A stretch of 64,000 nucleotides of DNA from Meiothermus sp. (lineage in GTDB: Bacteria > Deinococcota > Deinococci > Deinococcales > Thermaceae): assembly GCA_033762915.1 (NCBI GenBank), contig JANRLD010000071.1, positions 10,372 through 74,371 of the forward strand, read 5' to 3'. Positions within the stretch are counted from its first letter, which is position 1; each line of letters starts with the position of its first letter. Under the pieces are notes generated by a model. The model was not told the DNA's origin. It worked only from the letters and a program-made list of their open reading frames with translations, and searched no databases. Shown here piece by piece: positions 27,314 through 38,371 of the stretch. A program made the translations under genes and the position numbers.

Positions 27314-28846
27314 ATGCCTACCACCCTCAGGCGAAGAGCGGCCCACGGTATTGCGCTGGTGGCCCTGAGCTTGCTGCTGGCGTCTTGCGGCTCGAGTACC
27401 CAGGGCGGGGCCTCCCGCGAGGCGCTGCGCTTCAATCCCACCCTACCGCCCGCCTATATTGACGACCGCTACGAATACGCTCTGGTGGCCGACGGCGGCC
27501 AGCGACCCTACCGATTCACCTTGAACGGGACACTTCCCAAAGGCCTAACCTACGGTGGGGGTCGCATTTCGGGAACTCCGACGGAGAAAGGATCTTTCGA
27601 GCTGAACGCCACTGTGGAGGACGGCAACCTGAGCAGCCGGGCTGTCAAGCTGACCCTAACTGTCAGCGACACCCCGCCCCCGCAATTCGACCAGTTCGTG
27701 CCCACGGCTGAGCAGGACAGCCCTTTCGTCTACGGCGTGCGAATCCGCGCCAGGGAAAGCAGGGGATTTCAGATGCAGGTGCCCCTGACCGACTTGCGCC
27801 CAACCCTCGACACCCTTAAGGCCGCCGACGGCGTGCTGTACGTGGTGCGCTACAGCGAGGAGCGCAACGTGATGGACGTTGATGTGGCCTTCACCCAACC
27901 CCGCACCAACTTCGAGGCCCTTCGCCTCTCTATCGCCCCGCTACCCGACAAAAAAGTACGCTTTGCCTCTACCAATGTATTGATGGCCCTCTACGACAAG
28001 AACGGCAAGCTAGTGGCCAACTTCCGACCCATGGAGCGTCAAACCACCCAGGGCCGCTTCAAGTACGAAGACCTGCAGGCCCTGGCCCGGAACTGGGGCA
28101 GAGGGGTTGCGTCCCAGTCTCCTGCCGGTCAGTCCGAACCTCCCGCACAAGCGCCTACAAACCAGTCCAGCCCCGCGCAACCAACTCCTCCCGCCACACC
28201 AGAGGGTCAGGGCACTCCCCCGGCGACAGCAAATCCGGCTACTCCGGCTTCACCTGAACCAGCCAATTCGGCGGCACCGGCCGGACCGAGCGAGCAGGGA
28301 CAACCCACTCCACCTGCACTGGGACAACCCACTCCACCTGCTCAAGGTCAGCCCGAACAACCTGCTCAAGGTCAGCCAAACCAACCTGCACAGGGACAGC
28401 CTTCACCGCCTGCACAGGGACAGCCGACCCAACCTGCACAGGCACAACCCGTTCAACCCGAACAAGCACAACCTGCCTCGCCATCCCAGACTCCGTCTAC
28501 TACCGCTCCAGCTCAGCCGCCGCAAGGTCAGCCGGCCGCCGCGACCCAGAACCAGGCGACCAACCCGGCTACCCAAGCTCAGCCCGCCCAGTCCCCAGCG
28601 GGGGACAGACTGGAGGGTGACCTCACCGGCGACGGCAAGGTAGATCAGCAAGACCTCGAGGCCCTCCGTGCCTCTTATGCCTGGGCCAACGTGGGTAACC
28701 CCACCCCCCGCCCTAATCCGACCCAAAACCAGTCCAACCCCAACCCCCAGACCCCACAAAACCAGCAAAACCAGAACCCGCCCGGGGGAACTGGCACTCC
28801 CAACAACTCGAACGACCCTGACCCACCCGAGGAAAACCGGCCCTAG
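27314..28846 (+). CDS. Surface lipoprotein with putative Ig domain, Q/P-rich linker and dockerin/EF-hand-like motif
   Basis: LASC lipobox; GGQRPY..LPKGL...ISGTPT Ig motif; GDLTGDGKVDQQDL Ca-binding loop. Confidence 0.8.
   Translation: MPTTLRRRAAHGIALVALSLLLASCGSSTQGGASREALRFNPTLPPAYIDDRYEYALVADGGQRPYRFTLNGTLPKGLTYGGGRISGTPTEKGSFELNATVEDGNLSSRAVKLTLTVSDTPPPQFDQFVPTAEQDSPFVYGVRIRARESRGFQMQVPLTDLRPTLDTLKAADGVLYVVRYSEERNVMDVDVAFTQPRTNFEALRLSIAPLPDKKVRFASTNVLMALYDKNGKLVANFRPMERQTTQGRFKYEDLQALARNWGRGVASQSPAGQSEPPAQAPTNQSSPAQPTPPATPEGQGTPPATANPATPASPEPANSAAPAGPSEQGQPTPPALGQPTPPAQGQPEQPAQGQPNQPAQGQPSPPAQGQPTQPAQAQPVQPEQAQPASPSQTPSTTAPAQPPQGQPAAATQNQATNPATQAQPAQSPAGDRLEGDLTGDGKVDQQDLEALRASYAWANVGNPTPRPNPTQNQSNPNPQTPQNQQNQNPPGGTGTPNNSNDPDPPEENRP
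28298..28489 (+). repeat. Eight degenerate in-frame 24-bp tandem repeats encoding (G/A)QPxxPAQ
   Basis: ggacaacccactccacctgcactg, ggacaacccactccacctgctcaa, ggtcagcccgaacaacctgctcaa and further units. Confidence 0.85.
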
Positions 28847-29019
28847 CCAGGGCCGTGGAGTCGAACATACTGTTTGCGTTTTACCCTATTTCGCACTCCT
28901 CAAGCTCCAAAGGTACTCGGCACGGCAAACAAGGCCATGCCGGGTTAATGTGTAAAAATCAAAAACCCCGACTTTCCTGAATTTTTTTGGGCTTGGAGCG
29001 CCCTACGGTTGCGCTACAT

Positions 29020-29856
29020 CTACACAGCCCGAGACAAGTCTCCCTGCCACCGTGATTTGAGCAGAGTGACCTGGGTTTGGGCCAGAGGGCGGCGGTTGTC
29101 GGTCTCGGGGAGGGCCCGATGAGCGGCCTCCCAAACCTCGAGGTCGGAGTTTAGACGCTCGGCCAGGTGCCAGATAAGGTCGGAGTTGCCCGAGCGGAGC
29201 ACCGCCCGGCGCAAGCTCTCCTCCAGCAGGATGCGGGTCTCGAGAACCTCTGGGGCCTCGGAACGAGGCAGAAGCGGTCCACGATAGAGCTGCAGGGCAC
29301 CTGCCAAGTCGCCCTCGCGAAGGCACATTAGCACCTGCAAGAAGTCGGCTTTAATCTCTACACCCAGCCGGTAAGGGCGGCTATCCAGCGGAACCCAGTT
29401 GCGCAGGCGACACAGCTCGGTTTTGACCACCGCAGGGTCGGAGTCCTCGCCCCAGACGGCCAGGGCCAGCTGCTCGCCGGTCAGTCCCTCAGGGTGCAGC
29501 GCCAGCACACACAGTAACTCAACGAAGCGCGGGCGCAGCTCGAGTTTGAATCCCCCGACCGTTACCAACGCGCCGCCCAACAGGCGCAGCTCGAGGGTTC
29601 CGCTGGGGTGGGCCTCGTCCAAGTCCGGCCAGTCACTGGCGCTCGAGGGGGCTTTTCGGGTGCGGAGGTAGCCGCGCAGCTCCTCGAGGTGCCGGTGGGC
29701 CTCCTGTATCAGGCCTTCGAGCTCAACCTCGTCACCCATGCGCCCAAGACCCGGGTGGTTGTGACGACCCAAACCCGAAACAATGCTCGAAATGGTCTGC
29801 TGTAATTGTGTCGCCGAGGCCAGCCACTGAGGTTCTTGTTCGCCGAGCAGTTTCAT
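29020..29856 (-). CDS. Putative transcriptional regulator (wHTH plus BTAD-like tail)
   Basis: LRLLGG, LALHPEGLTGEQLA, SRPYRL and LYRGPLLPRSEAP resemble the output module of GAF-containing regulators. Confidence 0.75.
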   Translation of the reverse strand: MKLLGEQEPQWLASATQLQQTISSIVSGLGRHNHPGLGRMGDEVELEGLIQEAHRHLEELRGYLRTRKAPSSASDWPDLDEAHPSGTLELRLLGGALVTVGGFKLELRPRFVELLCVLALHPEGLTGEQLALAVWGEDSDPAVVKTELCRLRNWVPLDSRPYRLGVEIKADFLQVLMCLREGDLAGALQLYRGPLLPRSEAPEVLETRILLEESLRRAVLRSGNSDLIWHLAERLNSDLEVWEAAHRALPETDNRRPLAQTQVTLLKSRWQGDLSRAV

Positions 29857-30345
29857 GACCCTCCCTTGCAGGGTAAGTGGAGCACCGGTGACTTTGCCCA
29901 GTATGAAGCAGGAGTTCGAAGCGGGCCGATATCAATGCTTACCCCGGGTGCTTCGAAGTTGTATCAGACCCGCCGTTACTGAGGCGTTATACGATCGGGT
30001 TGAACGACGTCCCCAAGCCTAGCACATCGCCCGCTTTTTGTGAAAGGTCTAACGTTGGGCTCAGCATTTTGTCATTGTCGGGTTAACCTCGAGGTGGGCT
30101 GGGTTAGCCTGGACATACCTCATGAACACTGAACGATAGGTGTAGGAGTGCTCGGGCTGTTCTGCTGACGGCAGGAGACACCCACTGGCACGACCTTCCT
30201 ACCACACGGGCCACACTACCTCGATTCGTCTGCGCCAGGGGGGTGAGTCGTGCGCTCGAGCCACCGCGCCGGGTGAATCTGGGACGCGAGGGCTTGGACT
30301 TGCAAAGGCGGAGGTTAAGGGTATGCTATCGGGGTCTTTAATACC

Positions 30346-30723
30346 ATGTCGAGAGTCGAGAAAATAGCGCTGCTGGGGCTCTTTTTGGCCCTGTCTACTG
30401 GCTTTGCCCAGGCCGCCGCTTACCGACTAAAGGTAACCTCGTGGAGCTGTCAGACCTTCTCGAGGGGGGCCATCGTTCGTGGGGAGGTACACAACATCAG
30501 TTCCCGCCGCATAGGCGAGATACGGGTACACGCCAGGGTGGTGGGGGCGGGCCTGAGGGTTGCGGTAAACTCCGCCCCAATTCGGACGCGCTCGCTGGCG
30601 GCGGGTCAGCGCTCCACCTTCGAAGTGCAGGTGCGAACCAACTTCGAGCCCGGCCGCTGTACAGTTTGGTTCCGAAACCCCCGGGTCATTCAGATCGAGA
30701 CCCTGGTGCCCCCGCCCCGCTGA
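30346..30723 (+). CDS. Secreted FxLYD-like domain protein
   Basis: Signal peptide; VRGEVHN...VHARV...LAAGQRSTFEV pattern. Confidence 0.65.
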   Translation: MSRVEKIALLGLFLALSTGFAQAAAYRLKVTSWSCQTFSRGAIVRGEVHNISSRRIGEIRVHARVVGAGLRVAVNSAPIRTRSLAAGQRSTFEVQVRTNFEPGRCTVWFRNPRVIQIETLVPPPR

Positions 30724-30827
30724 AATCTCGGTCAAGTAGAGGGCTTCAGAACCTTCTAATTTTGCCTCATGGGTTTTGCCTAAAGCTATAGATGTTCGCT
30801 TCGAATATCTTTGCCTGGAGGAAATGT

Positions 30828-31214
30828 ATGCGACCTAAGCTTGGAATTATCACCCTGCTGATCGGCCTCGGTCTTTTTTGCGGCACCGCCCTGGCCCAAA
30901 CCTACAAGCTCTACGTGACCCAGTGGACCTGCTCGCGCGATGCTGCCGGGCGGATGATTGCGGTGGGGTTGGTGCGCAACCAGTCGGGCGGAATCCTTCG
31001 CGATGTGCGGGTAAACTTGCGGTTGGTGGATCGGGCGGGCAACGTCTACGCCACCAATTCGGCCTTTATCTCTAACCGTCGCCTGGTCAACGGCTCGAGC
31101 ACCCGCTTTAGCGTAACGGCCCGAACCTCGCGGACCGGCCTTCAGTGCCAAATCTGGTTCCGTAACCCCGAGGTGGTCCGCATTCCCACCTTGATAAATC
31201 GCCTCCCCCGCTAA
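30828..31214 (+). CDS. Secreted FxLYD-like domain protein (tandem paralog)
   Basis: GGAGG SD, signal peptide; GLVRN...VNLRLVDRAGNV...LVNGSSTRFSV; shares W.C and C..WFRNP with the upstream gene. Confidence 0.7.
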   Translation: MRPKLGIITLLIGLGLFCGTALAQTYKLYVTQWTCSRDAAGRMIAVGLVRNQSGGILRDVRVNLRLVDRAGNVYATNSAFISNRRLVNGSSTRFSVTARTSRTGLQCQIWFRNPEVVRIPTLINRLPR

Positions 31215-31230
31215 ACCGTATACTTTTCCG

Positions 31231-31749
31231 GTGCTCAAGATTCTCGGCGGTAGCGCCAAGGGTGTAAACCTCAAGGTTCCCGACTCGGCCCGCCCAAGCC
31301 CAGTTCGGCTGCGCAAGGCGCTCTTCGACTACCTTCGCTTCAGGTACCCCCGGCGAGGTACCTTTCTGGACATGTATGCGGGCAGCGGTGCGGTGGGCCT
31401 CGAGGCGGCCTCGGAAGGCTTTGAGGTCACGCTGGTTGAAAAGGACCGCCAAGCGATTGGATTTCTCAAGGAAAACGCCAGGAAGGCCAGGCTCGAGGTG
31501 CGCGTCGAAGGCGTGGCGGTGGAGAAATACCTCCAGCAGGCCAGGGCCCAAAACCTCCGGTTCACTGTCGGGTTCATGGCCCCGCCCTACCCCCACGACC
31601 TGCTGCAAGACTTTGAGCGCCTGCTGCAAGCGGGTATCGTCGAGTCCGGCGGGCTGATGATCCTGCAACACCCCACCGAGCTCTCTCTTCCCGCCGGCGA
31701 GCGGCGTGAGTACGGCTTCAACACCGTGACCATGATCGAGGTGGACTGA
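31231..31749 (+). CDS. rsmD: 16S rRNA m2G966 methyltransferase (RsmD family)
   Basis: LKILGG..KG, ARPSP.RLRKALF, FLDMYAGSGAVGLEA, PPY; adjacent to coaD. Confidence 0.9.
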   Translation: MLKILGGSAKGVNLKVPDSARPSPVRLRKALFDYLRFRYPRRGTFLDMYAGSGAVGLEAASEGFEVTLVEKDRQAIGFLKENARKARLEVRVEGVAVEKYLQQARAQNLRFTVGFMAPPYPHDLLQDFERLLQAGIVESGGLMILQHPTELSLPAGERREYGFNTVTMIEVD

Positions 31750-31803
31750 GGAGCCCGGCCCTATGGTTGGGGGTTGCTGTCGCCGGAAGGCGGTGAGCTG
31801 TAA

Positions 31804-32313
<510 letters not shown>

Positions 32314-32473
32314 GTGTGCCCGAAATGCGCCGGCCCTTGATCTCAGCAATTCCTTGCGGTCTCGGCGCTATTTGCTGCCCCTACACCCCGCCGGGGGCAG
32401 GGAAACAAATCGAGGCCGCCAAGACCTTCCTTCACGATAACAGCCGGTGAGTCCGCTCACGGCAGGAGGAGCC

Positions 32474-33061
32474 ATGTCCAACCCCTCACACCCCAGCCCC
32501 GAGCAAATCCCGTTGGTGGATGCCGCCTTGCAGGTCATCGCGCGGCGCGGCCCACAGCACCTCACCTTCGGCGAGGTGGCCGAAGAGGCGGGCGTCCGCG
32601 ACGAAGATGTGCGCCGGCTTTTCGGCGACGAGCAGACCCTACTGATCGAGGCACTCTACCTTAGCGGTCGGCGCAGCCTCGAGCGCATGCGGCAGCCCCA
32701 CGACCCCCAGGACAGCGCAACCCTGGACGCGCTGCGCAACATCCTAAACTCGCCGCATAACCAGTCCCAGGACTACGTGTGGGTGGTGTTCTGGGCCGGC
32801 GCTCTGGGGTCCGATGCGCTAAAGGCCACGCTTTCTGAAGTTAATCAGTGGCACCGCGAGGCCTGGCGCGACCTGCTCGAGCGCGATACCAAGCGCGGCA
32901 TGCTGCGCCGTGACCTCGACCTGAACCTCGAGACCGACCGACTAATGCTTTTGATCGACGGACTGGCCCTCCGGAGCGCACTCGAGCTCCCGGCCTGGCC
33001 ACCGGAGCGGCAGCTCGAGCTGTTGACGGAGTCGCTGGGCTTGTTGCAAGACCCTGTCTAG
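32474..33061 (+). CDS. TetR/BetI family transcriptional regulator
   Basis: LVDAALQVIARRG...VAEEAGV HTH; BetI-like C-terminus LIDGL. Confidence 0.85.
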   Translation: MSNPSHPSPEQIPLVDAALQVIARRGPQHLTFGEVAEEAGVRDEDVRRLFGDEQTLLIEALYLSGRRSLERMRQPHDPQDSATLDALRNILNSPHNQSQDYVWVVFWAGALGSDALKATLSEVNQWHREAWRDLLERDTKRGMLRRDLDLNLETDRLMLLIDGLALRSALELPAWPPERQLELLTESLGLLQDPV

Positions 33062-33180
33062 GGACGCACAGCGCCTCGAGGGCCTCAAAGACCAAACTCT
33101 TCGCAAAAAACCAAGGGGCCGACAAAGGCGTGCCCTGAGAGCATTCTGGTTGAACCCCGCAGCAAGACGACAAGGACACC

Positions 33181-36100
33181 ATGCCAAATCCCGAGACCGT
33201 CACCCCGCAAATTGCCGAGCGTCTACTTCGTGAAACCTACGGGATCGAAGGTAGGGTCCAGCGACTCGCGGGCGAGTATGACCTGAACTTCGAGGTTTCG
33301 ACCGCAAGTGAGCGCTTCCTCTTAAAGATCGCCCGTGCCGACGCCAGCCTGGAAGAACTCGAGTTTCAGAACTCGGTCCTGCTGCACGTGGAGCGCGGCC
33401 TGCAAGGTGACCAGGTGCCCGTGCAGCGGGTTATCCCGAACCTCACGGGCGGGCACATCTCCGTGCTAGAGGTCGAGGGTCTTCGGCGATTTGCTCGAGT
33501 TCTCAGTTTCCTAGAGGGCCGCACCCTGGCTAACGTCTCGCCGCACACGCCGGAACTGCTAGAAAGTATGGGGGCGGCGGTTGCGCGGGTGGACCTGGCC
33601 CTAGAGGGCTTCCAACACCCGCTGGCGGGGCGGGAGTTTAAGTGGAACCTGGCCCAGGCCGACGGAATCATGCCCAAGCTTGAGTACCTCACCGACCCCA
33701 AGCAGCGGGGAATTGCCACCAAGCACCTCGAGCGCTTCCGCGCGCTAAAGCCAAGTCTGACTGAATTGCCGCACGGGGTGATCCATGGCGACGCCAACGA
33801 CCACAATGTGGTGGTTGCGGGCCAGGGCTACGGGGCTAGGGTTGTCGGCCTAATCGACTTCGGGGACGCGATGCTCTGCCCTTTGGTGGGTGGGCTGGCC
33901 ATTGCATTGGCCTACGCGATGCTGGACAAGCCCGATCCGATGGCCTCGGCGGCGCACGTGGTTCGGGGTTACCACGCGGTGCGGCCCTTAAGCCCACTCG
34001 AGCTTTCCGTGCTCTACCAGCTCGCCCTGGCCCGGCTCGCGGTGAGCGTGACCAACAGCGGTTACGAAAAGCGCTTGCGCCCCGACGATCCCTACATCGT
34101 GGTCTCGGAGGCCCCGGCCTGGGCGCTCCTGGAATACCTCGAGACCGTTCACCCTAACTTCGCCCACTATCTGTTCAGGAATGCCTGCGGCCTCGAGCCG
34201 GTACCTCAGAGCGCCCGAGTCCGCGACTGGCTGGCGTCCAACTCTCGGGAGATCGGGCCGGTGATGGAGCCCGACCTTAAGGCTGGGCCGCTCCACGTCT
34301 TCGACTTGAGCGTGGGCAGCCTCGAGCTTGGGCTGCCCGAGGACGCCGACAGCACCGAAAAGTTCACCCAGTTGCTGTGGCGACGGCTAGAGGAAGCCGG
34401 CGTCGAGGTTGGTATTGGGCGCTACTGCGAACCCCGGCTGATCTACGCCTCAGAGGACTTCAAAACTCAGGGCGAGAACTGCCCCGAATACCGCACCCTC
34501 CACATCGGGCTCGACGTCTTTCTTCCTGCGGGTGCGCCGGTCTTCGCGCCACTACCGGCCACCGTGCACAGCCTCGCCTATAACGCTGCCCGTCTCGACT
34601 ATGGCGGGTGTATCGTCCTTGAGCACACCGTACACGACGGCGAGCCCCTGACCTTTTACACCCTCTATGGGCACCTGGCCAGGCGGAGTCTCGAGCACCT
34701 TTCCGTCGGCCAGAAGGTCGAGCGGGGCCAGACCATCGCCTGGCTCGGCGACCCAGCCGAGAACGGCGACTGGCCGCCGCACCTGCATCTGCAAATCGTC
34801 ACCGATCTGCTGGGATTCGAGGGCACTTATCCGGGGGTGGCGCGACCGGGCGACGCCAGGGTTTGGCAAAGCCTTTCGCCCGACCCCAACCTCATCACCC
34901 AGATTTCCGCCGAGCGGTTTCCGGCAGAGGGCATGAGCGGCGCAGAAGTCCTGAGGGAGCGCCGGGAGCGCATTGGCAAGAACCTCTCGATCTCGTACCG
35001 CCGTCCGATCAGCATGTCCAGAGGGCACCGCCAGTACCTTTACGACACCTCCGCCCAGCGCTACCTGGACTGCTACAACAACGTCCCACACGTCGGTCAC
35101 AACCACCCCAAGGTGGTGCGGGCGGCCCAGCGCCAGATGGCGGTACTCAACACCAACACCCGCTACCTGCACCAAAACCTGGTCCGCTACGCCGAACGTC
35201 TGACCGCCAGACTCCCCGCGCCACTGTCGGTCTGCTTCTTTGTATCCTCGGGCTCGGAGGCCACCGAGCTGGCGCTTCGTTTGGCCAGGGCCCACACCGG
35301 TCAGCGCGACCTGATTGTCAGCGACCACGCCTACCACGGCCACACCACTACCCTGATCGACATTTCGCCGTACAAGGCCGAAGGCCCGGGCGGTAAAGGC
35401 CTCCCGGAGTGGGTCCACAAGGCCCCGGTGCCCGACGACTACCAGGGCGAGTTCCGGCGCGGCGAGCCGGCCCTGGGAGAGCGCTACGCAGCACAGATCG
35501 ACAACATTATCGAGAAGATTCATCAACTCGGACGCGGGCTGAGCGGCTTTATCATCGAATCCATTCCCAGTGTCGGCGGTCAGATCGTGCTTCCGGAGGG
35601 CTACCTACGGGGCGTATACCGGCGGGTGCGGGCTGCCGGTGGGGTTTGCATCGCCGACGAGGTGCAGACTGGCTTCGGCCGGATTGGCTCGAACTTCTGG
35701 GGTTTCGAGTCCCAGGGAGTGGTGCCGGACATCGTCGCCATGGGCAAGCCAATTGGCAATGGGCACCCTATGGGGGCAGTGGTTACCACCCCCGAAATCG
35801 CGGCCTCTTTTGACAACGGCATGGAGTTCTTCGCGACCTTTGGGGGCAACCCGGTGTCGTGTGCGGTGGGGCTGGCAGTCCTCGAGGTCATCGAGACGGA
35901 GGGTTTGCAGCAGCATGCCCTCGAGCTCGGCGACTACTGGATGGACGGCCTGCGCGAGCTGCAAAATCGTCACCCGGTAATCGGCGACGTGCGCGGCTTG
36001 GGCTTGATGAATGGCCTTGAGCTGGTCCTCGACCGGAAGACTCGAGCCCCAGCACCCGACCAGGCCAGCTACGTGGTCAACCGTTTGCGCGACTGCGGCA

Positions 36101-36237
36101 TTTTGACCGGTACCGACGGTCCGCACCACAATGTCATCAAGCTCCGGGGTCCGATGGTACTAACCCGGGAAGATGTGGACGGGTTCTTGAACGTGCTGGA
36201 CCGGGTGCTAGGGGAGGACGCAGCCAAACCAGGATGA
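33181..36237 (+). CDS. Fusion of APH/choline-kinase-like phosphotransferase, M23-like domain and class III PLP aminotransferase/phospho-lyase
   Basis: IHGDANDHN and GLIDFGD; HIGLD and [27 protein letters not shown] and MGKPIGNG. Confidence 0.9.
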   Translation: MPNPETVTPQIAERLLRETYGIEGRVQRLAGEYDLNFEVSTASERFLLKIARADASLEELEFQNSVLLHVERGLQGDQVPVQRVIPNLTGGHISVLEVEGLRRFARVLSFLEGRTLANVSPHTPELLESMGAAVARVDLALEGFQHPLAGREFKWNLAQADGIMPKLEYLTDPKQRGIATKHLERFRALKPSLTELPHGVIHGDANDHNVVVAGQGYGARVVGLIDFGDAMLCPLVGGLAIALAYAMLDKPDPMASAAHVVRGYHAVRPLSPLELSVLYQLALARLAVSVTNSGYEKRLRPDDPYIVVSEAPAWALLEYLETVHPNFAHYLFRNACGLEPVPQSARVRDWLASNSREIGPVMEPDLKAGPLHVFDLSVGSLELGLPEDADSTEKFTQLLWRRLEEAGVEVGIGRYCEPRLIYASEDFKTQGENCPEYRTLHIGLDVFLPAGAPVFAPLPATVHSLAYNAARLDYGGCIVLEHTVHDGEPLTFYTLYGHLARRSLEHLSVGQKVERGQTIAWLGDPAENGDWPPHLHLQIVTDLLGFEGTYPGVARPGDARVWQSLSPDPNLITQISAERFPAEGMSGAEVLRERRERIGKNLSISYRRPISMSRGHRQYLYDTSAQRYLDCYNNVPHVGHNHPKVVRAAQRQMAVLNTNTRYLHQNLVRYAERLTARLPAPLSVCFFVSSGSEATELALRLARAHTGQRDLIVSDHAYHGHTTTLIDISPYKAEGPGGKGLPEWVHKAPVPDDYQGEFRRGEPALGERYAAQIDNIIEKIHQLGRGLSGFIIESIPSVGGQIVLPEGYLRGVYRRVRAAGGVCIADEVQTGFGRIGSNFWGFESQGVVPDIVAMGKPIGNGHPMGAVVTTPEIAASFDNGMEFFATFGGNPVSCAVGLAVLEVIETEGLQQHALELGDYWMDGLRELQNRHPVIGDVRGLGLMNGLELVLDRKTRAPAPDQASYVVNRLRDCGILTGTDGPHHNVIKLRGPMVLTREDVDGFLNVLDRVLGEDAAKPG

Positions 36238-36626
36238 GGTTGGCGCGGCTGAAACCTCTACCCGCAGCCGACATTTCGAATCAAACTGACGTGCCAGGCT
36301 TTTTGTAACCGTTGCGTTAGCCGTCCAGCCCCTCCTGCCAATGCGCCTGACCGCAAAGAGGTCGGTACCTCACGCGTCCACTTCACCACGCTTGGGGATG
36401 CTTTGGATCTGTTTGGTCCTCGAGGGTTGAAGCGGAAGTTGCCGACGCCCAATTCCCTTGGGTAATCACGCCTGTCCATGTGGCGGCGTTCTCACGGCCT
36501 CGGTGGTTTCGTAGAGAATCTAAGTTGGAGGGCGGCGGCTGGGGTTGGGCTAAGGGGTAAGAATCGGTGTACCATATCCCGACGGTTTAAAGCTCTACTA
36601 CCTCCCTAAAGGACACGACAGAGCCG

Positions 36627-37475
36627 CTACATCAACCCGTATTCCGTGGTCTTTCCGCGCAGGAAGGTTAGCCCGTTGCGCACCAGCGCCTCGGGGTCGC
36701 CCACGACATCCCGCCACATGCACGTAGCCTTGGCGATGTCCGGGTTGATCGCCACGAAGGACTCCATCACCAAGTCGCCGTCGAAGCCAATTTCTTTTAG
36801 CCCGGCGAACACCTCATCCCAGTGAACATTGCCTTTACCTGGGGTGCCCCGGTCGCTCTCGGAGAGGTGGATGTAGCCCAACTGCTTCCCGGTCTGTACG
36901 ATAGGGTCCTTGAATCCCTGCTCCTCGATGTTCATGTGGTAGGTGTCGAGGTGCACGAAAACGTTGGGCTCGCCGATGCGCTCGATTAAACTAACCCCCT
37001 GAGAGGCTAGATTCATCAGGTAGGTCTCGTAGCGGTTGACCGGCTCGAGGCCCAGCTTCATCCCCAGCCCCGCTGCGTGGCGGGCTACTGGGCGGAGGGC
37101 ATCCGCGACGATCTCATAGTCCTGATCAGTCGGGGGCCGCCCGCTGAAGCCTCCCAGGCTGGCATAGGTCACCCCGGTTACGGTCTGGCTCCCGATCCGG
37201 TGCGCCGTGTCAAAAACCTCAATCAGAAAGCGGGTGGCTACCTCGGGGTGCTCGGGCAGACTGGCCTCCAGCGGCAGCCCCAGCGAGCAGGTCGCGGCCA
37301 GGCCGTACTTTTTCAGGAGTCCCTGGGTTAGCTCTACGTCAAACTCGGCGGGGCGTAGCAGGGGGACTTCCACGAAGTCGAGCCCTTGCGCGGCGGCGCT
37401 CGAGATCACCCGTTCGGCGGCTGCCGGGCTCCACTCGGCGGCCCAGATAAAGGCGTGTGCTCCAAATCTTGGCAT
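36627..37475 (-). CDS. Ketose 3-epimerase family sugar isomerase/epimerase (D-psicose/D-tagatose 3-epimerase-like)
   Basis: LEPVNRYE, HLDTYHMNIEE, HLSESDRG and MESF metal motifs. Confidence 0.88.
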   Translation of the reverse strand: MPRFGAHAFIWAAEWSPAAAERVISSAAAQGLDFVEVPLLRPAEFDVELTQGLLKKYGLAATCSLGLPLEASLPEHPEVATRFLIEVFDTAHRIGSQTVTGVTYASLGGFSGRPPTDQDYEIVADALRPVARHAAGLGMKLGLEPVNRYETYLMNLASQGVSLIERIGEPNVFVHLDTYHMNIEEQGFKDPIVQTGKQLGYIHLSESDRGTPGKGNVHWDEVFAGLKEIGFDGDLVMESFVAINPDIAKATCMWRDVVGDPEALVRNGLTFLRGKTTEYGLM

Positions 37476-37607
37476 TGTTCACCTCTGATGGGTCGAGAGC
37501 CGAGGATCTGTTGGCTCTCGTTAGTCTGACTTTACCTTCGCAGAAAATCATACCGCCTCGAGCCCGGACTCAGCCCAGAGCACACCGGGTAGGGGTAGAA
37601 GGGCCGT

Positions 37608-38219
37608 CTACTTCGCCGCCCAGGCCAGCAGGTACTGGCCCAGGTAGTACAGCGGCAGCCCCAGCAAAGAGTTCCAACGGTCCTGCTGCACGAAGCGCCC
37701 TCGAGCCACGAACACGTCCGATAGGAAGAAGAGCAGCGCTCCCAGTCCGACCCGCCAGTCAGCAACCCCCAGGGCGCTCCAGAGCATCAGGCTGATCACC
37801 GCGCAGTAGGCCAGCACCGGCACCCGCCAGCCCCTCAGGCGAGGCCACAGCCAGACCAGGAAGGCGCTCGAAGCCAGCCCCACCACCCCCAGCAAGCCGG
37901 CTGGAAAGCTGCTCTGCGCGGAAAAAGCCACCGTATAGACCACGTGGGCCAGCAAGAACGCCACCAGCCCACCCAGAAAGAACCCGTCCCGCCGCCCCAG
38001 CAACAGCACGTCGCCCAGGAACGACAACACCAGTCCGATGAAGATCAGGTAGTCGAACGGGCGGTCTAGCCCCATTCCCCAGGCTAGTAGCAAAAAACCC
38101 AATGAGCAAAGGGTTTTGGCCACTGCCCGGACGGTGGTTTTACCGTTCTGATCGGCCCAGAGCAACACCAGTAGGCTCGAGGCCCCCAGCGCCAGTGCGG
38201 CCACCGTCAAAGGGTTCAA
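37608..38219 (-). CDS. YhhN/TMEM86 family lysoplasmalogenase-like membrane protein
   Basis: LGDVLL, GLVAFLLAHVVY, GALLFFLSD and YYLGQ motifs. Confidence 0.88.
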   Translation of the reverse strand: MNPLTVAALALGASSLLVLLWADQNGKTTVRAVAKTLCSLGFLLLAWGMGLDRPFDYLIFIGLVLSFLGDVLLLGRRDGFFLGGLVAFLLAHVVYTVAFSAQSSFPAGLLGVVGLASSAFLVWLWPRLRGWRVPVLAYCAVISLMLWSALGVADWRVGLGALLFFLSDVFVARGRFVQQDRWNSLLGLPLYYLGQYLLAWAAK

Positions 38220-38371
38220 CAGGCCTTCATCCTACCCTCTCCAACACCAGGATGGATTGCCAAATCGGCATGAATTCCGTCGCTTGGACGACCTATCTCG
38301 AGCGTACCCGCCCCCTTTGGTGCACCTGCCACCCGCCAAACCCGGCGGTCAGTTGGTAAAGTAGTACCTGC

